Assembly: GCA_964520655.1 (NCBI GenBank)
Contig: CAZFNI010000009.1
Span: 5,909-69,908 of the forward strand
DNA from: an uncultured Planctomycetales bacterium
GTDB taxonomy: Bacteria; Omnitrophota; Gorgyraeia; Zapsychrales; Fredricksoniimonadaceae
Direction of reading: 5' to 3'
Length of the DNA stretch: 64,000 nucleotides
The notes beneath the pieces are model-generated. The model was given only the letters and a program-made list of their open reading frames with translations. It ran no database searches and was not told the DNA's origin. Position 1 is the stretch's first letter. The number at the start of each line of letters is the position of its first letter. The position numbers were made by a program, and so were the translations under genes. This document shows, piece after piece, positions 56,076 through 64,000 of this stretch.

Positions 56076-56150
56076 TAGCCCCAACGGGATTTGAACCCGT
56101 GTCTAAAGACTGAGAATCTTTCGTCCTGGACCAGGCTAGACGATGGGGCC
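56076..56150 (-). tRNA. tRNA-Glu(CTC)
   Basis: Hand-folded cloverleaf: acceptor GGCCCCA, D-arm GTCT/GGAC, anticodon stem AAAGA/TCTTT with loop TTCTCAG, T-arm CGGGTTCAAATCCCG. It has a G1:U72 pair, discriminator A, and no encoded CCA. The 5' end is uncertain by ±1. Confidence 0.65.
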
Positions 56151-56231
56151 GTGATGTTCAAATATAACACACCGCGGTTTATCGTCAATAATTTATTGCG
56201 GATACCCTTTGCTCTGATAAAATAAACCGTT

Positions 56232-57416
56232 ATGTCCACCCAGATCGCGATCGGTTTCAGCCAGGCATCAATCGTCAGTGACGCCCTCACGCAGGCCTGC
56301 CTGTCCGTCAAGAACCAGCTAAAGAACAGGAACGCGGATTTTGTCATGGTCCTGGCCTGCTCGTCGCATATCCACCCAGACATCCTGGGAACAGTTTTCA
56401 ATATCCTTAAACCCATGCGGCTGATCGGCTGCTCCACCGCCGGGATCATGCTGACGGAAGGGGTCTTTAACCGCGGGATTGCCATCATCGGCATCACCAC
56501 CCAAGAGATATCATTTGGCATCTCCTCGACCAATCCCTGCGCGCCGACGGAGATGCGTCAGGCTGGCGTGGATTGGGCGCACCGCCTTATCACCGATTCC
56601 CAGGTCACCCACCATGACGGGTGCATCCTTTTTGCCGATCACGCCAACATGATCAACCCATTCTTCATCCTTGGCGCGCAGGAAGTATTGGGGACAAGCT
56701 CCACGCTCTGCGGCACGCTGGCTAGCGACAATTACCAATTCCAGCATTCATCTTTGTTCTTCCAAAAACAGGTCCTGACCCAGGGGATCATCGGACTTAT
56801 CGTCAGCGCGAATAAATTCGCTGTCGGCAACGCCAATGGATTTAAACCGCTGGGCAAACCACGCACCATCACCCGCGCGGAGAAGAACACGATCGTCACG
56901 ATCGACAATCAGCCGGCGGTCCATATCTATAAAGAATTCCTGGGTAAAGACGCTGAAGCACTTAACCGCAACACCTACAGCATGCCCGCGATCCTCTATC
57001 CTTTAGGAATCTTCATTGAAGGACAGCACAGATATTTGATCAAGAATGCCGTTGACATCACTTTGGAGGGGAGTATTGTAGTGACGGGTGAAGTGCCTCA
57101 GGGCGCTGAAGTCCATTTGATGATCGGCAATAAGGATTCCTGCCGGAATTCCGCGATGGAAGCCGCCGCGATCGTCAAGGATGCGCTGGGCGGGCGCCAG
57201 GCCAAGCTTATTTTTGTCATTGAATCCGCCGGCCGGCAAAAGATCCTCAAACACAATGCCGGTATGGAGATCCTGGCCATCAAAGAAGCCCTGGGCTACA
57301 CGACACCTATTATCGGCATGTACAGCTTCGGCGAGATAACCCCGTTATCTCAAGGGGCCAATATCAACAATATCCATTTGCAGAACGGAAGCATCACGAT
57401 CATCGCGATCGACTGA
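56232..57416 (+). CDS. FIST-domain (FIST_N + FIST_C) sensory protein
   Basis: 394 aa beginning IAIGFSQA…ADFVMVLACSSH. Confidence 0.7.
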   Translation: MSTQIAIGFSQASIVSDALTQACLSVKNQLKNRNADFVMVLACSSHIHPDILGTVFNILKPMRLIGCSTAGIMLTEGVFNRGIAIIGITTQEISFGISSTNPCAPTEMRQAGVDWAHRLITDSQVTHHDGCILFADHANMINPFFILGAQEVLGTSSTLCGTLASDNYQFQHSSLFFQKQVLTQGIIGLIVSANKFAVGNANGFKPLGKPRTITRAEKNTIVTIDNQPAVHIYKEFLGKDAEALNRNTYSMPAILYPLGIFIEGQHRYLIKNAVDITLEGSIVVTGEVPQGAEVHLMIGNKDSCRNSAMEAAAIVKDALGGRQAKLIFVIESAGRQKILKHNAGMEILAIKEALGYTTPIIGMYSFGEITPLSQGANINNIHLQNGSITIIAID

Positions 57417-57417
57417 T

Positions 57418-58959
57418 ATGATAGCCTGGTTTGAATCCATACAACTCATTGTCTTCATCACCGTCGGGGTTATCTTCACCGGTATCCTGTTCTATCTGTT
57501 AAGCGCCCTCTCCGGGCGCAACCAGACCATACGCCAGATGCTCGAAGAACATGAAAAACTCATGCGTTCTTTTAATGAACTTGACGAACAAGCCAAGCTC
57601 ATTGTCCGCACCGATCTGGAACTCAACAAAGCCCAGGAAGAGCTCGACAAACGGTTAAACGGCATCAATGCCCTGCAACGGGCCTCCCGGCAGATCGCCC
57701 AGGCATTGAACGAAGCCGAAATATTCCAGCGGCTGGGTCCGGACCTGTTTGAAGAACTCGGGTTCTCGCTTTTGCTCATCGCATCATTTGACGAACATGG
57801 CCCGGCGCGCAAACGCATCAGCCTGAACATCCCTGACGACAAAATTTCCGGGATCCTGAGCCGGTTTGAAAAGGACGATAGGCTAAAAGTCGCCCTCAGC
57901 GAACGGCACACCTTTTCCTCTAACAATGCATCCCGCACCAGCAAAGAAAAGATCATTACTATTTTTGAAGCAGAACATTTTATCCTTGCTCCTATTTATA
58001 CCCAGAACAGCACGACGGGTTTTGTTTTTGTGGGCAACCGCTACAATGCCCCGCCCGTCACGCAGGGCGACGAAGAGCTGATCGGGATCTTAGCCGGCCA
58101 GATCGGACAGAACATCGCCAACGCCCAGTTGTTCGAGAAAGTCTTCCGCTCCTCGCAGGAACTGGAATTAAAGGTCAAGGAACGCACCAAACAATTGGCC
58201 AGCGCGCTGGAACAGGTCAAAGAGATCAGCCAGAAGAAATCTGAATTCATCTCGGCCGTCTCCCACGAGCTGCGTACCCCGTTGACCTCGATCAAAGGCT
58301 ATGCCGCGATCCTTCTGGCAGGCAAGATCGGCGCTATCCCTGACGCTGTCAAGGAGCGCTTAGCCAAGATCAACACCCACTCGGATAATCTGGTTTCCAT
58401 GATCAATAACCTGCTCGACATCGCCCGTATCGAATCCGGCCGCGTTGAACTGAAATTCGACCTAAAATCCGCCAAGGCCATGGTCGACAATGTTGCCGAC
58501 CTTTTGACACCGCAGATCAAGGACAAAGAGATCAAACTGTCTGTCAATCTGCCGCCCAATATCAATACGGTCTATGTCGACCTTTCCCACGCGGAACGCA
58601 TTTTTATCAACCTGATCAATAACGCGATCAAGTTCACCCCCAAAGCCGGAGCCATACAGGTCTCGGCCTCCTCGGTGATCGATAAAGGGTACGCGACATT
58701 TTATGTCACCGACACCGGGATCGGCATCGCACCCGATGATGCAAAAAAACTTTTCGATGAATTCTTCAGGGTGGATAACGAGATCAACCAGAACGTCAAA
58801 GGGACGGGGCTTGGGTTGTCCCTGGCCAAGAACATCGTCGAGGCCCACCGCGGCACGATCCATGTCAAAAGCCAGGTCGGCAGCGGCACAACATTCTCTT
58901 TCACCCTGCCCACGACTAAAGAAGCTTATGAATCCGCCGGCTATAAGACCGCCGCGTAG
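57418..58959 (+). CDS. sensor histidine kinase (TM, coiled coil, GAF/PAS-like region, HisKA, HATPase)
   Basis: H-box ISAVSHELRTPLTSIKGY, N-box NLINNAIKFT, G-box GTGLGLSLAKNIV. Confidence 0.85.
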   Translation: MIAWFESIQLIVFITVGVIFTGILFYLLSALSGRNQTIRQMLEEHEKLMRSFNELDEQAKLIVRTDLELNKAQEELDKRLNGINALQRASRQIAQALNEAEIFQRLGPDLFEELGFSLLLIASFDEHGPARKRISLNIPDDKISGILSRFEKDDRLKVALSERHTFSSNNASRTSKEKIITIFEAEHFILAPIYTQNSTTGFVFVGNRYNAPPVTQGDEELIGILAGQIGQNIANAQLFEKVFRSSQELELKVKERTKQLASALEQVKEISQKKSEFISAVSHELRTPLTSIKGYAAILLAGKIGAIPDAVKERLAKINTHSDNLVSMINNLLDIARIESGRVELKFDLKSAKAMVDNVADLLTPQIKDKEIKLSVNLPPNINTVYVDLSHAERIFINLINNAIKFTPKAGAIQVSASSVIDKGYATFYVTDTGIGIAPDDAKKLFDEFFRVDNEINQNVKGTGLGLSLAKNIVEAHRGTIHVKSQVGSGTTFSFTLPTTKEAYESAGYKTAA

Positions 58960-58968
58960 AAAGACAAT

Positions 58969-59898
58969 ATGCGTAAACAAAAGATCCTGATCATTGATGA
59001 TGATTCCGACATCTTAGACGTCTTGAACTTAAGCCTTTCCGAACATTTCACCATTTTCCAGGCGCACAACGGCAAAGAAGGTCTGGAACTGGTGCGCTCC
59101 AAAGTCCCGGACCTTGTCATCACCGACTACATGATGCCTGTGCTTAATGGACCGCAATTCCTGCGCGAACTGCGCAAAGACGTCCTGCTACGCCACCTTC
59201 CGGTCATCATGCTGACGGGAAAAGGCGATACCAAGGACATGGTCACCGGCATCGAAGCGGGAGCGGATGACTATATCGTCAAACCGTTCGAACCGGAAGC
59301 GCTCCTGGCGCGTATCAAGATGATCTTAAACCGCACCATGCGCTCGCTGGACGCCAATCCCCTGACAAGACTTCCTGGAAACACCTCCATCATGGACGAG
59401 ATCCAGAACTATATTGATTCCGGGACACTGTTCGCCGTTGGCTACGCTGACCTTGATAAATTCAAGGTCTATAATGATAAATATGGATTTGAAAAAGGCG
59501 ACGAGGTCATCCGCACCACAGCGCGGGTCATTGTTGAAGCCACCCAGAAGATCACCAACGACAAAGGTTTCGTCGGACATATCGGCGGGGACGATTTTGT
59601 ATTCATCTGCGAGGACAAGTTCGCCGACTTAGTCAGCCAATCCATCATTGATGCATTCGACGCGGCGGCCCCAGGTTTCTATAACGACGAGGATCGCGCG
59701 GCGGGATTTATCCTGGGAAAAGACCGCCAGGGCAATGAAACAAAAGCAGGGTTGGTATCCATTTCGATCGGGATCGTCAGCAACCGCGACTCCAATATCA
59801 CTCACGTGGCCCAGATCGGCGAATTCGGAGCAGAATTAAAGAAATTCGCCAAGAATGTTTCCAAAAGCAATTTCGTGCGCAACCAAAGAAAGAATTAA
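58969..59898 (+). CDS. response regulator: receiver + degenerate GGDEF domain (GGDDF)
   Basis: REC (ILIIDDDSD…ITDYMMP) and a GGDEF fold with HIGGDDFVF. Confidence 0.8.
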   Translation: MRKQKILIIDDDSDILDVLNLSLSEHFTIFQAHNGKEGLELVRSKVPDLVITDYMMPVLNGPQFLRELRKDVLLRHLPVIMLTGKGDTKDMVTGIEAGADDYIVKPFEPEALLARIKMILNRTMRSLDANPLTRLPGNTSIMDEIQNYIDSGTLFAVGYADLDKFKVYNDKYGFEKGDEVIRTTARVIVEATQKITNDKGFVGHIGGDDFVFICEDKFADLVSQSIIDAFDAAAPGFYNDEDRAAGFILGKDRQGNETKAGLVSISIGIVSNRDSNITHVAQIGEFGAELKKFAKNVSKSNFVRNQRKN

Positions 59899-59901
59899 CC
59901 C

Positions 59902-60891
59902 GTGCTATCCGCAGGTGTAGATGCCATTGCGCTTGATACCAGGATATTCACGCTGTCGCAAAACGACATCGCCGCTGTCTGCGGCGCTTATGCCTTAGGC
60001 CCGCTGCTTGAGTTTGAACAGGAAAGAAATATCCTGGTCTCCCACTCTAACTTCTTTGCTTTTGCCAAAACCACCCGTGGCAGCTATGCCCTTAAATTCT
60101 ATCCTGCTGACGCATCAAGGAGACTTTCCGTCGAATACGCGTTAAACCAGTTCCTGACCCGTCGAGGATTTGATACCCCCCAGATGCATTGTACCAAGAA
60201 GGGCGTTGCTTATGTCCCCTGCCAGGGACGCCTGGCAGCCTGTTATGTTTACATCAAAGGACAGGAAGCATGGCTGCATATACATAAAAAAGGAGTGATC
60301 CGCCGCATCAATACTGCTCTTATGTCATTAAAAAAGACCCTCGAGCATTTATCGTCCAATATCCATTGCCCCAAACATGAGACTGTCCCGGCGGCCGTTG
60401 AATCCCTATTGCGATCATCCAGTAATATAAACAACAGTGAAACCAAGAAATATTCTCTTCGTTCACTCAGGGAGATTTTCGCGGCATACCAGTCCCATCG
60501 CCGCTGCTTCACACGGCAAAAGCTTCACACCAACGCCTCGCTGACCAATCTTTTAGTCCGCGGAACTACAGTCCACACACTTGACCTCTCCCATATTGAG
60601 GATGGTTATTGTCTAAGCGACCTGGCAAGCCTGGTCATTTCATGCCACTTTTTCAACGTCCCACAACAAACCATATCATCGCTGATCGACGATTACGTTA
60701 CTGTACACGGGAGAACGGAAAAATTCCCACTCGTGCTTGAAACACTGATTAAACTTGGTCTTGTGAAAGAATTATTGAAAACAATACGGCGGGAACAATC
60801 GCTTCCTGAATCATCACATCCTGGGGCATTCACAACAACCTATGCTCGAATGCTGTCCCAACGCAGATTATTAATCCTTAAACTTCTCTAA
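59902..60891 (+). CDS. aminoglycoside/choline-kinase-like phosphotransferase-fold protein, possibly a pseudokinase
   Basis: Kinase-like motif …TNLLVRG…LDLSHIEDGYCLSDLA, but the catalytic H-x-D reads H-T-N. Confidence 0.45.
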   Translation: MLSAGVDAIALDTRIFTLSQNDIAAVCGAYALGPLLEFEQERNILVSHSNFFAFAKTTRGSYALKFYPADASRRLSVEYALNQFLTRRGFDTPQMHCTKKGVAYVPCQGRLAACYVYIKGQEAWLHIHKKGVIRRINTALMSLKKTLEHLSSNIHCPKHETVPAAVESLLRSSSNINNSETKKYSLRSLREIFAAYQSHRRCFTRQKLHTNASLTNLLVRGTTVHTLDLSHIEDGYCLSDLASLVISCHFFNVPQQTISSLIDDYVTVHGRTEKFPLVLETLIKLGLVKELLKTIRREQSLPESSHPGAFTTTYARMLSQRRLLILKLL

Positions 60892-61842
60892 CCACATCCC
60901 CAAAGCAATCGCCCGCAGGGATCTATCATCGGACTTTGGAGGGCCAAGCTTTTTGATAGGCCGCGGCCAGGCGCGGCCCCCGTACACCTGAACAACAACA
61001 GCCCGGGCTGGATCCGGCACCTGGTCCTCTCGCGCGGATGCCGGCGGCAAAAAAACCTTGGCGTTAGGGGCAAGAGCGCGCAATAACTGCTTATCCTTTC
61101 TCATGGCCTCTGTCAACTGCAGCGATAAATGGATCATCCTGTCCGATAAAAAAGGAGCAATGAACCTGCGCTTGTATTTTTTCGCGCATCTTTCATGGGC
61201 CTGCAGATGCAGGCGTGTTATATTGAATTTCTGCTGAAGGTCTTTAGGCCTATTCAACGACAAATCCCCAAACCATTCATCGCTGCCCATCCCCGAGACT
61301 AGGACCTCTCCTGCGTCTTTTGCCGAACATTTCCTTAACGCCGCCTCGACCAGCGCCAGGTCCAGGTCCAGGAGGGGTTCATCCGTCAGAACTGTCGCTG
61401 ATGCGAATCCAGACAAGAATTCTTTTACGGTTACGGAGATCACTCGGTGAGGAAGCCCTAAGCGTTTTGCCAGCAGAACAGCCCGGCGCACCGTCTTTAG
61501 ATTAAAAGATTCGAACTGTACGGTAAGAGCGGATACGACAGCCCCTTGCTGACGGGCCAGCAACGCCAGCAGCATGGAATCGAACCCGCCGCTAAGCATT
61601 ATGGTCCTCTTTTTCCCTTTCAGCGGTCCCATTGACGCGATCAGATCATCTTCAATGGTCCTCGGAAAGTCTTTTGCAGGGACCCTGGCATACGAAAAGA
61701 CTTTACCGGCAGACTTGTACTGGCCTTGTAGTAAAGAGCGATGAACCGGCAGGGCCCCATGCTCGATGAAATATCCCGCCATGGATATATCTACCCCTGA
61801 GGGCTTGCCGCAATTCACATCAATATACAGATCCTTACCCAT
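60871..61842 (-). CDS. stand-alone asparagine-synthetase-domain (PP-loop ATP pyrophosphatase) protein with no glutaminase domain
   Basis: MLSGGFDSMLLALL PP-loop and the AsnB motif SGMGSDEWFG. Confidence 0.65.
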   Translation of the reverse strand: MGKDLYIDVNCGKPSGVDISMAGYFIEHGALPVHRSLLQGQYKSAGKVFSYARVPAKDFPRTIEDDLIASMGPLKGKKRTIMLSGGFDSMLLALLARQQGAVVSALTVQFESFNLKTVRRAVLLAKRLGLPHRVISVTVKEFLSGFASATVLTDEPLLDLDLALVEAALRKCSAKDAGEVLVSGMGSDEWFGDLSLNRPKDLQQKFNITRLHLQAHERCAKKYKRRFIAPFLSDRMIHLSLQLTEAMRKDKQLLRALAPNAKVFLPPASAREDQVPDPARAVVVQVYGGRAWPRPIKKLGPPKSDDRSLRAIALGMWLEKFKD

Positions 61843-63001
61843 TACCCTTTGGGCCTGCCTTTGCTTTCGTTATCTTTTCATACAGCATTTGATTCACTGA
61901 TACAAAACTGCAGTAACGGCATTCCTGCCATTTGGAAGAACAGGTATGAATGCCTTGCGAGGCTTCTTTAAGCGTGGCATGAAGGAAATCATTATCGAAC
62001 CATATGTCCTTATACCGTCGTTCATTCACGTTCCCGGCAACACACACGCCGACATTGTCGCAGGGAGCCACAACGCGTCCTTTCTCATCGATATGACTGT
62101 AGAACCACCCCATGTTGCAATGGATCTCCCCGCCGGTAGAATCGTAGAACAAAAGCCTGTCATTATGCGTCGAAGAATGTTCCAGGGAAACCACATTATT
62201 GAACATTTGACCACGGCTTAAGAGATCATCAAGCTTCTTAATATCCGATGTGAAAGAGAACGATCGTTGCAGCGCGTCCTTGACGATCTGGTGCAGCTCC
62301 TTCAGCTGCTCCTGGGAAAAGAACAGGGAACGCGTTTCCTCCGTCGCCTTGAAAAAACGGATGATCACGTGATCGACCCCGCGCTTGTTGGCCATATCAA
62401 GGAATTCCGGAAGCTCCTGATAATTGTAGTTGTAGACGACAAAAGACAAGACGATCTTCGGTTTGCCGTATTTCTCTCTCAAATGCAGGAGCCGGTCGAT
62501 GTTCTTTAACACCCTGGTCATGGATGCCTGCTTGCCGTGCACCTGTTGGAAAGAGGCTTCCCTCATCGCCGAGAAATTGACCGTCAAGCGTTCGGCAAAA
62601 CATAGCGCGCGCAAACTTTTGGGATCCGTGTCATAGTCCAAATGCGTATAAGCGATCAGCCGCATGCCAAGATCATGGACTTTCTCAAATGCTTCTTTCC
62701 AAAAAGGATATACTGTCGTCTCCCCGCCTTCCAAATTGATCTCATCAACACCTATGTCGCGGCAATCTTCCAGAACACTTTCAAGCACGGGATAATCAAG
62801 CCGCTTCCCCTTGGCCTGGTCTTTGACCAGCGGGGAGAAATACCAGCAAAACTCACATTTATAGCTGCAGGCGCTTGTAACGTGGATATTGACCGATTTA
62901 GGACCGATCAAAGGTTTGCCTTGGATCGCACTTTGGATGCGCAGCTTCTCTCTGATCTTGGGATCGATCTGGTCCATCCTTACGAATTCATTCATGATCA
63001 C
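61835..63001 (-). CDS. radical SAM protein with a C-terminal SPASM/twitch-like Cys cluster
   Basis: CSYKCEFC (CX3CX2C). The C-terminal Cys are at …HCNMGWF…APCDNVGVCVAG…HTCSSKWQECRYCSF. Confidence 0.8.
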   Translation of the reverse strand: MIMNEFVRMDQIDPKIREKLRIQSAIQGKPLIGPKSVNIHVTSACSYKCEFCWYFSPLVKDQAKGKRLDYPVLESVLEDCRDIGVDEINLEGGETTVYPFWKEAFEKVHDLGMRLIAYTHLDYDTDPKSLRALCFAERLTVNFSAMREASFQQVHGKQASMTRVLKNIDRLLHLREKYGKPKIVLSFVVYNYNYQELPEFLDMANKRGVDHVIIRFFKATEETRSLFFSQEQLKELHQIVKDALQRSFSFTSDIKKLDDLLSRGQMFNNVVSLEHSSTHNDRLLFYDSTGGEIHCNMGWFYSHIDEKGRVVAPCDNVGVCVAGNVNERRYKDIWFDNDFLHATLKEASQGIHTCSSKWQECRYCSFVSVNQMLYEKITKAKAGPKGNG

Positions 63002-63007
63002 TCCCCA

Positions 63008-64000
63008 TTATCGGTTTATGCTGCTTCTTAATTTTTCGTACACATTCTTATTCGACCGGCACCAGTGATAGAACACGATCGATCCCGATAATCTCTGGGA
63101 CAGCACAAAAGGGTTAAGCGCCACTATCCCATTCTCTTTTAAGAACATCTTGAAATCGGCGGGATCATCGACATTTTCGGCGATCATCTTCTCGATATAC
63201 CCCCGACCCGTCACTGTTTTCCCGGAGTCGTTTTTCCGGACATCCCTTCCCGCGACAGGGAACTTGTAGAATTCCGGGAAGAAACGCTGGTAGATCCCAT
63301 AATACGCCTGGTAACGAAGGAAGAATCCATCTTCCAGCGACAATAACACGGACAAGAACTTCGCATCAACGAACGGCATCAATTTGCCGTATTCGAAGAA
63401 CTGGGTCGGTCTCGCCCAGAATTTCCCATGATACACATTCACATAACTGCGCCCGATCTGCGTCACGTAAGCGAATTGACAAACCCTGCTTTTAAGCATG
63501 CCCTTATTGGAACCGCTATCCAAAGAAGGAAAGAGCGATCTCATGCTCCCTGTTTTTAGCATTGTGGACACAACGTGAGGTTTAAAGATCTTTCGCGCTG
63601 TTTCCTGATGATCCAGGCCCATGGCTTTCCTAAACTCAACGATCGGCTGCGACAGAAGGCCGTTAGCGAACTGCCCGCCGAACTTTGGATACCGGCATAA
63701 CGGAACCCCCAGCTGGCGGCGCTTGCGCACAAGAGCAGCGTTCGCATAGCCCGCATGTCGGTCTTTGCCAAAACGCGTCTGGAACTTATACACATAATCC
63801 TGCGCGCTGTCGCCTTTGGTCTTCTCGACATAATGCTTGAGATGGTATCTTCTCGCGAAACGCCGCGCACAATCGACGTCCTCATCATCAATGTGGAATG
63901 TGATGGCCGTGACCTCTTTTTTTAATTCCATTAAATGCGCGATGATAAAACGCGTGTCCAGCCCCCCGGTCAGATCCGCATAAGCCTGTTGGCCTGGGGT
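63008..64000 (-). CDS. second asparagine-synthetase-domain protein. The gene extends beyond the window end
   Basis: The frame stays open to position 64000 upstream of the track's Met: …ADLTGGLDTRFIIAHL MELKK…, with TGGLDT as a PP-loop variant. Confidence 0.55.
   Translation of the reverse strand, partial: TPGQQAYADLTGGLDTRFIIAHLMELKKEVTAITFHIDDEDVDCARRFARRYHLKHYVEKTKGDSAQDYVYKFQTRFGKDRHAGYANAALVRKRRQLGVPLCRYPKFGGQFANGLLSQPIVEFRKAMGLDHQETARKIFKPHVVSTMLKTGSMRSLFPSLDSGSNKGMLKSRVCQFAYVTQIGRSYVNVYHGKFWARPTQFFEYGKLMPFVDAKFLSVLLSLEDGFFLRYQAYYGIYQRFFPEFYKFPVAGRDVRKNDSGKTVTGRGYIEKMIAENVDDPADFKMFLKENGIVALNPFVLSQRLSGSIVFYHWCRSNKNVYEKLRSSINR

Noticed and set aside
56006-56533. 175-aa minus-strand ORF
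   Set aside because: It runs through the tRNA-Glu gene and antisense into the FIST gene, so it is spurious.
58462-58980. 172-aa minus-strand ORF and other ORFs antisense to the histidine kinase
   Set aside because: They are antisense to a kinase gene with intact H, N and G boxes.

Overview
This is a dense bacterial chromosomal segment of about 64 kb. GC content is roughly 50-55% by eye and most genes are on the minus strand. There are no rRNA genes, no CRISPR array and no obvious transposase.

Housekeeping content:
- A complete purine operon (purB-purC-purSL-LOG-purQ-purM-purD) followed by a partial tsaC/yrdC gene.
- A divergent polyprenyl synthase, hemW, and tatA/tatC.
- A long minus-strand operon: iscS-birA-bioF-bioH-bioC-bioD-bioA-mnmA-MORN-pgi.
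- tRNA-Leu(CAA) and tRNA-Ala(GGC).
- rlmN-accA, a LysM/L,D-transpeptidase, mntH, comM, mutS-mutL, and several two-component/c-di-GMP signalling clusters.

Surface and accessory content:
- A 1421-aa secreted all-coiled-coil protein flanked by a small secreted protein and a TMTC/PMT-like TPR membrane glycosyltransferase.
- An orphan type IV pilin, a PEP-CTERM protein, a LamG-like secreted protein and an acyltransferase-3.

The most interesting locus is at about 52.1-56.15 kb. It is a visibly AT-rich islet of about 3.8 kb that abuts the 3' end of a tRNA-Glu(CTC) gene. It is bounded by an exact 15-bp direct repeat of the tRNA 3' end, which looks like an att-site signature. The islet carries a tight three-gene operon:
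- a ThsB-like (DUF1863-type) TIR protein,
- a 294-aa protein with two 2TM (SLATT-like) modules,
- a canonical TIR protein that retains the W-x-x-E NADase glutamate.
It also carries a DeoR-family regulator and a GIY-YIG protein. I read this operon as a candidate uncatalogued Thoeris-like TIR-signalling defence module with a membrane (SLATT) effector.

Second-tier candidates:
- an AsnB-like / radical-SAM-SPASM / AsnB-like cluster at the window end;
- a free-standing 16-aa poly-Lys micro-gene with its own promoter, SD and terminator;
- a tandem PurS-PurS-PurL fusion.

Every domain call rests on motif recognition by eye and memory. No database search was run.
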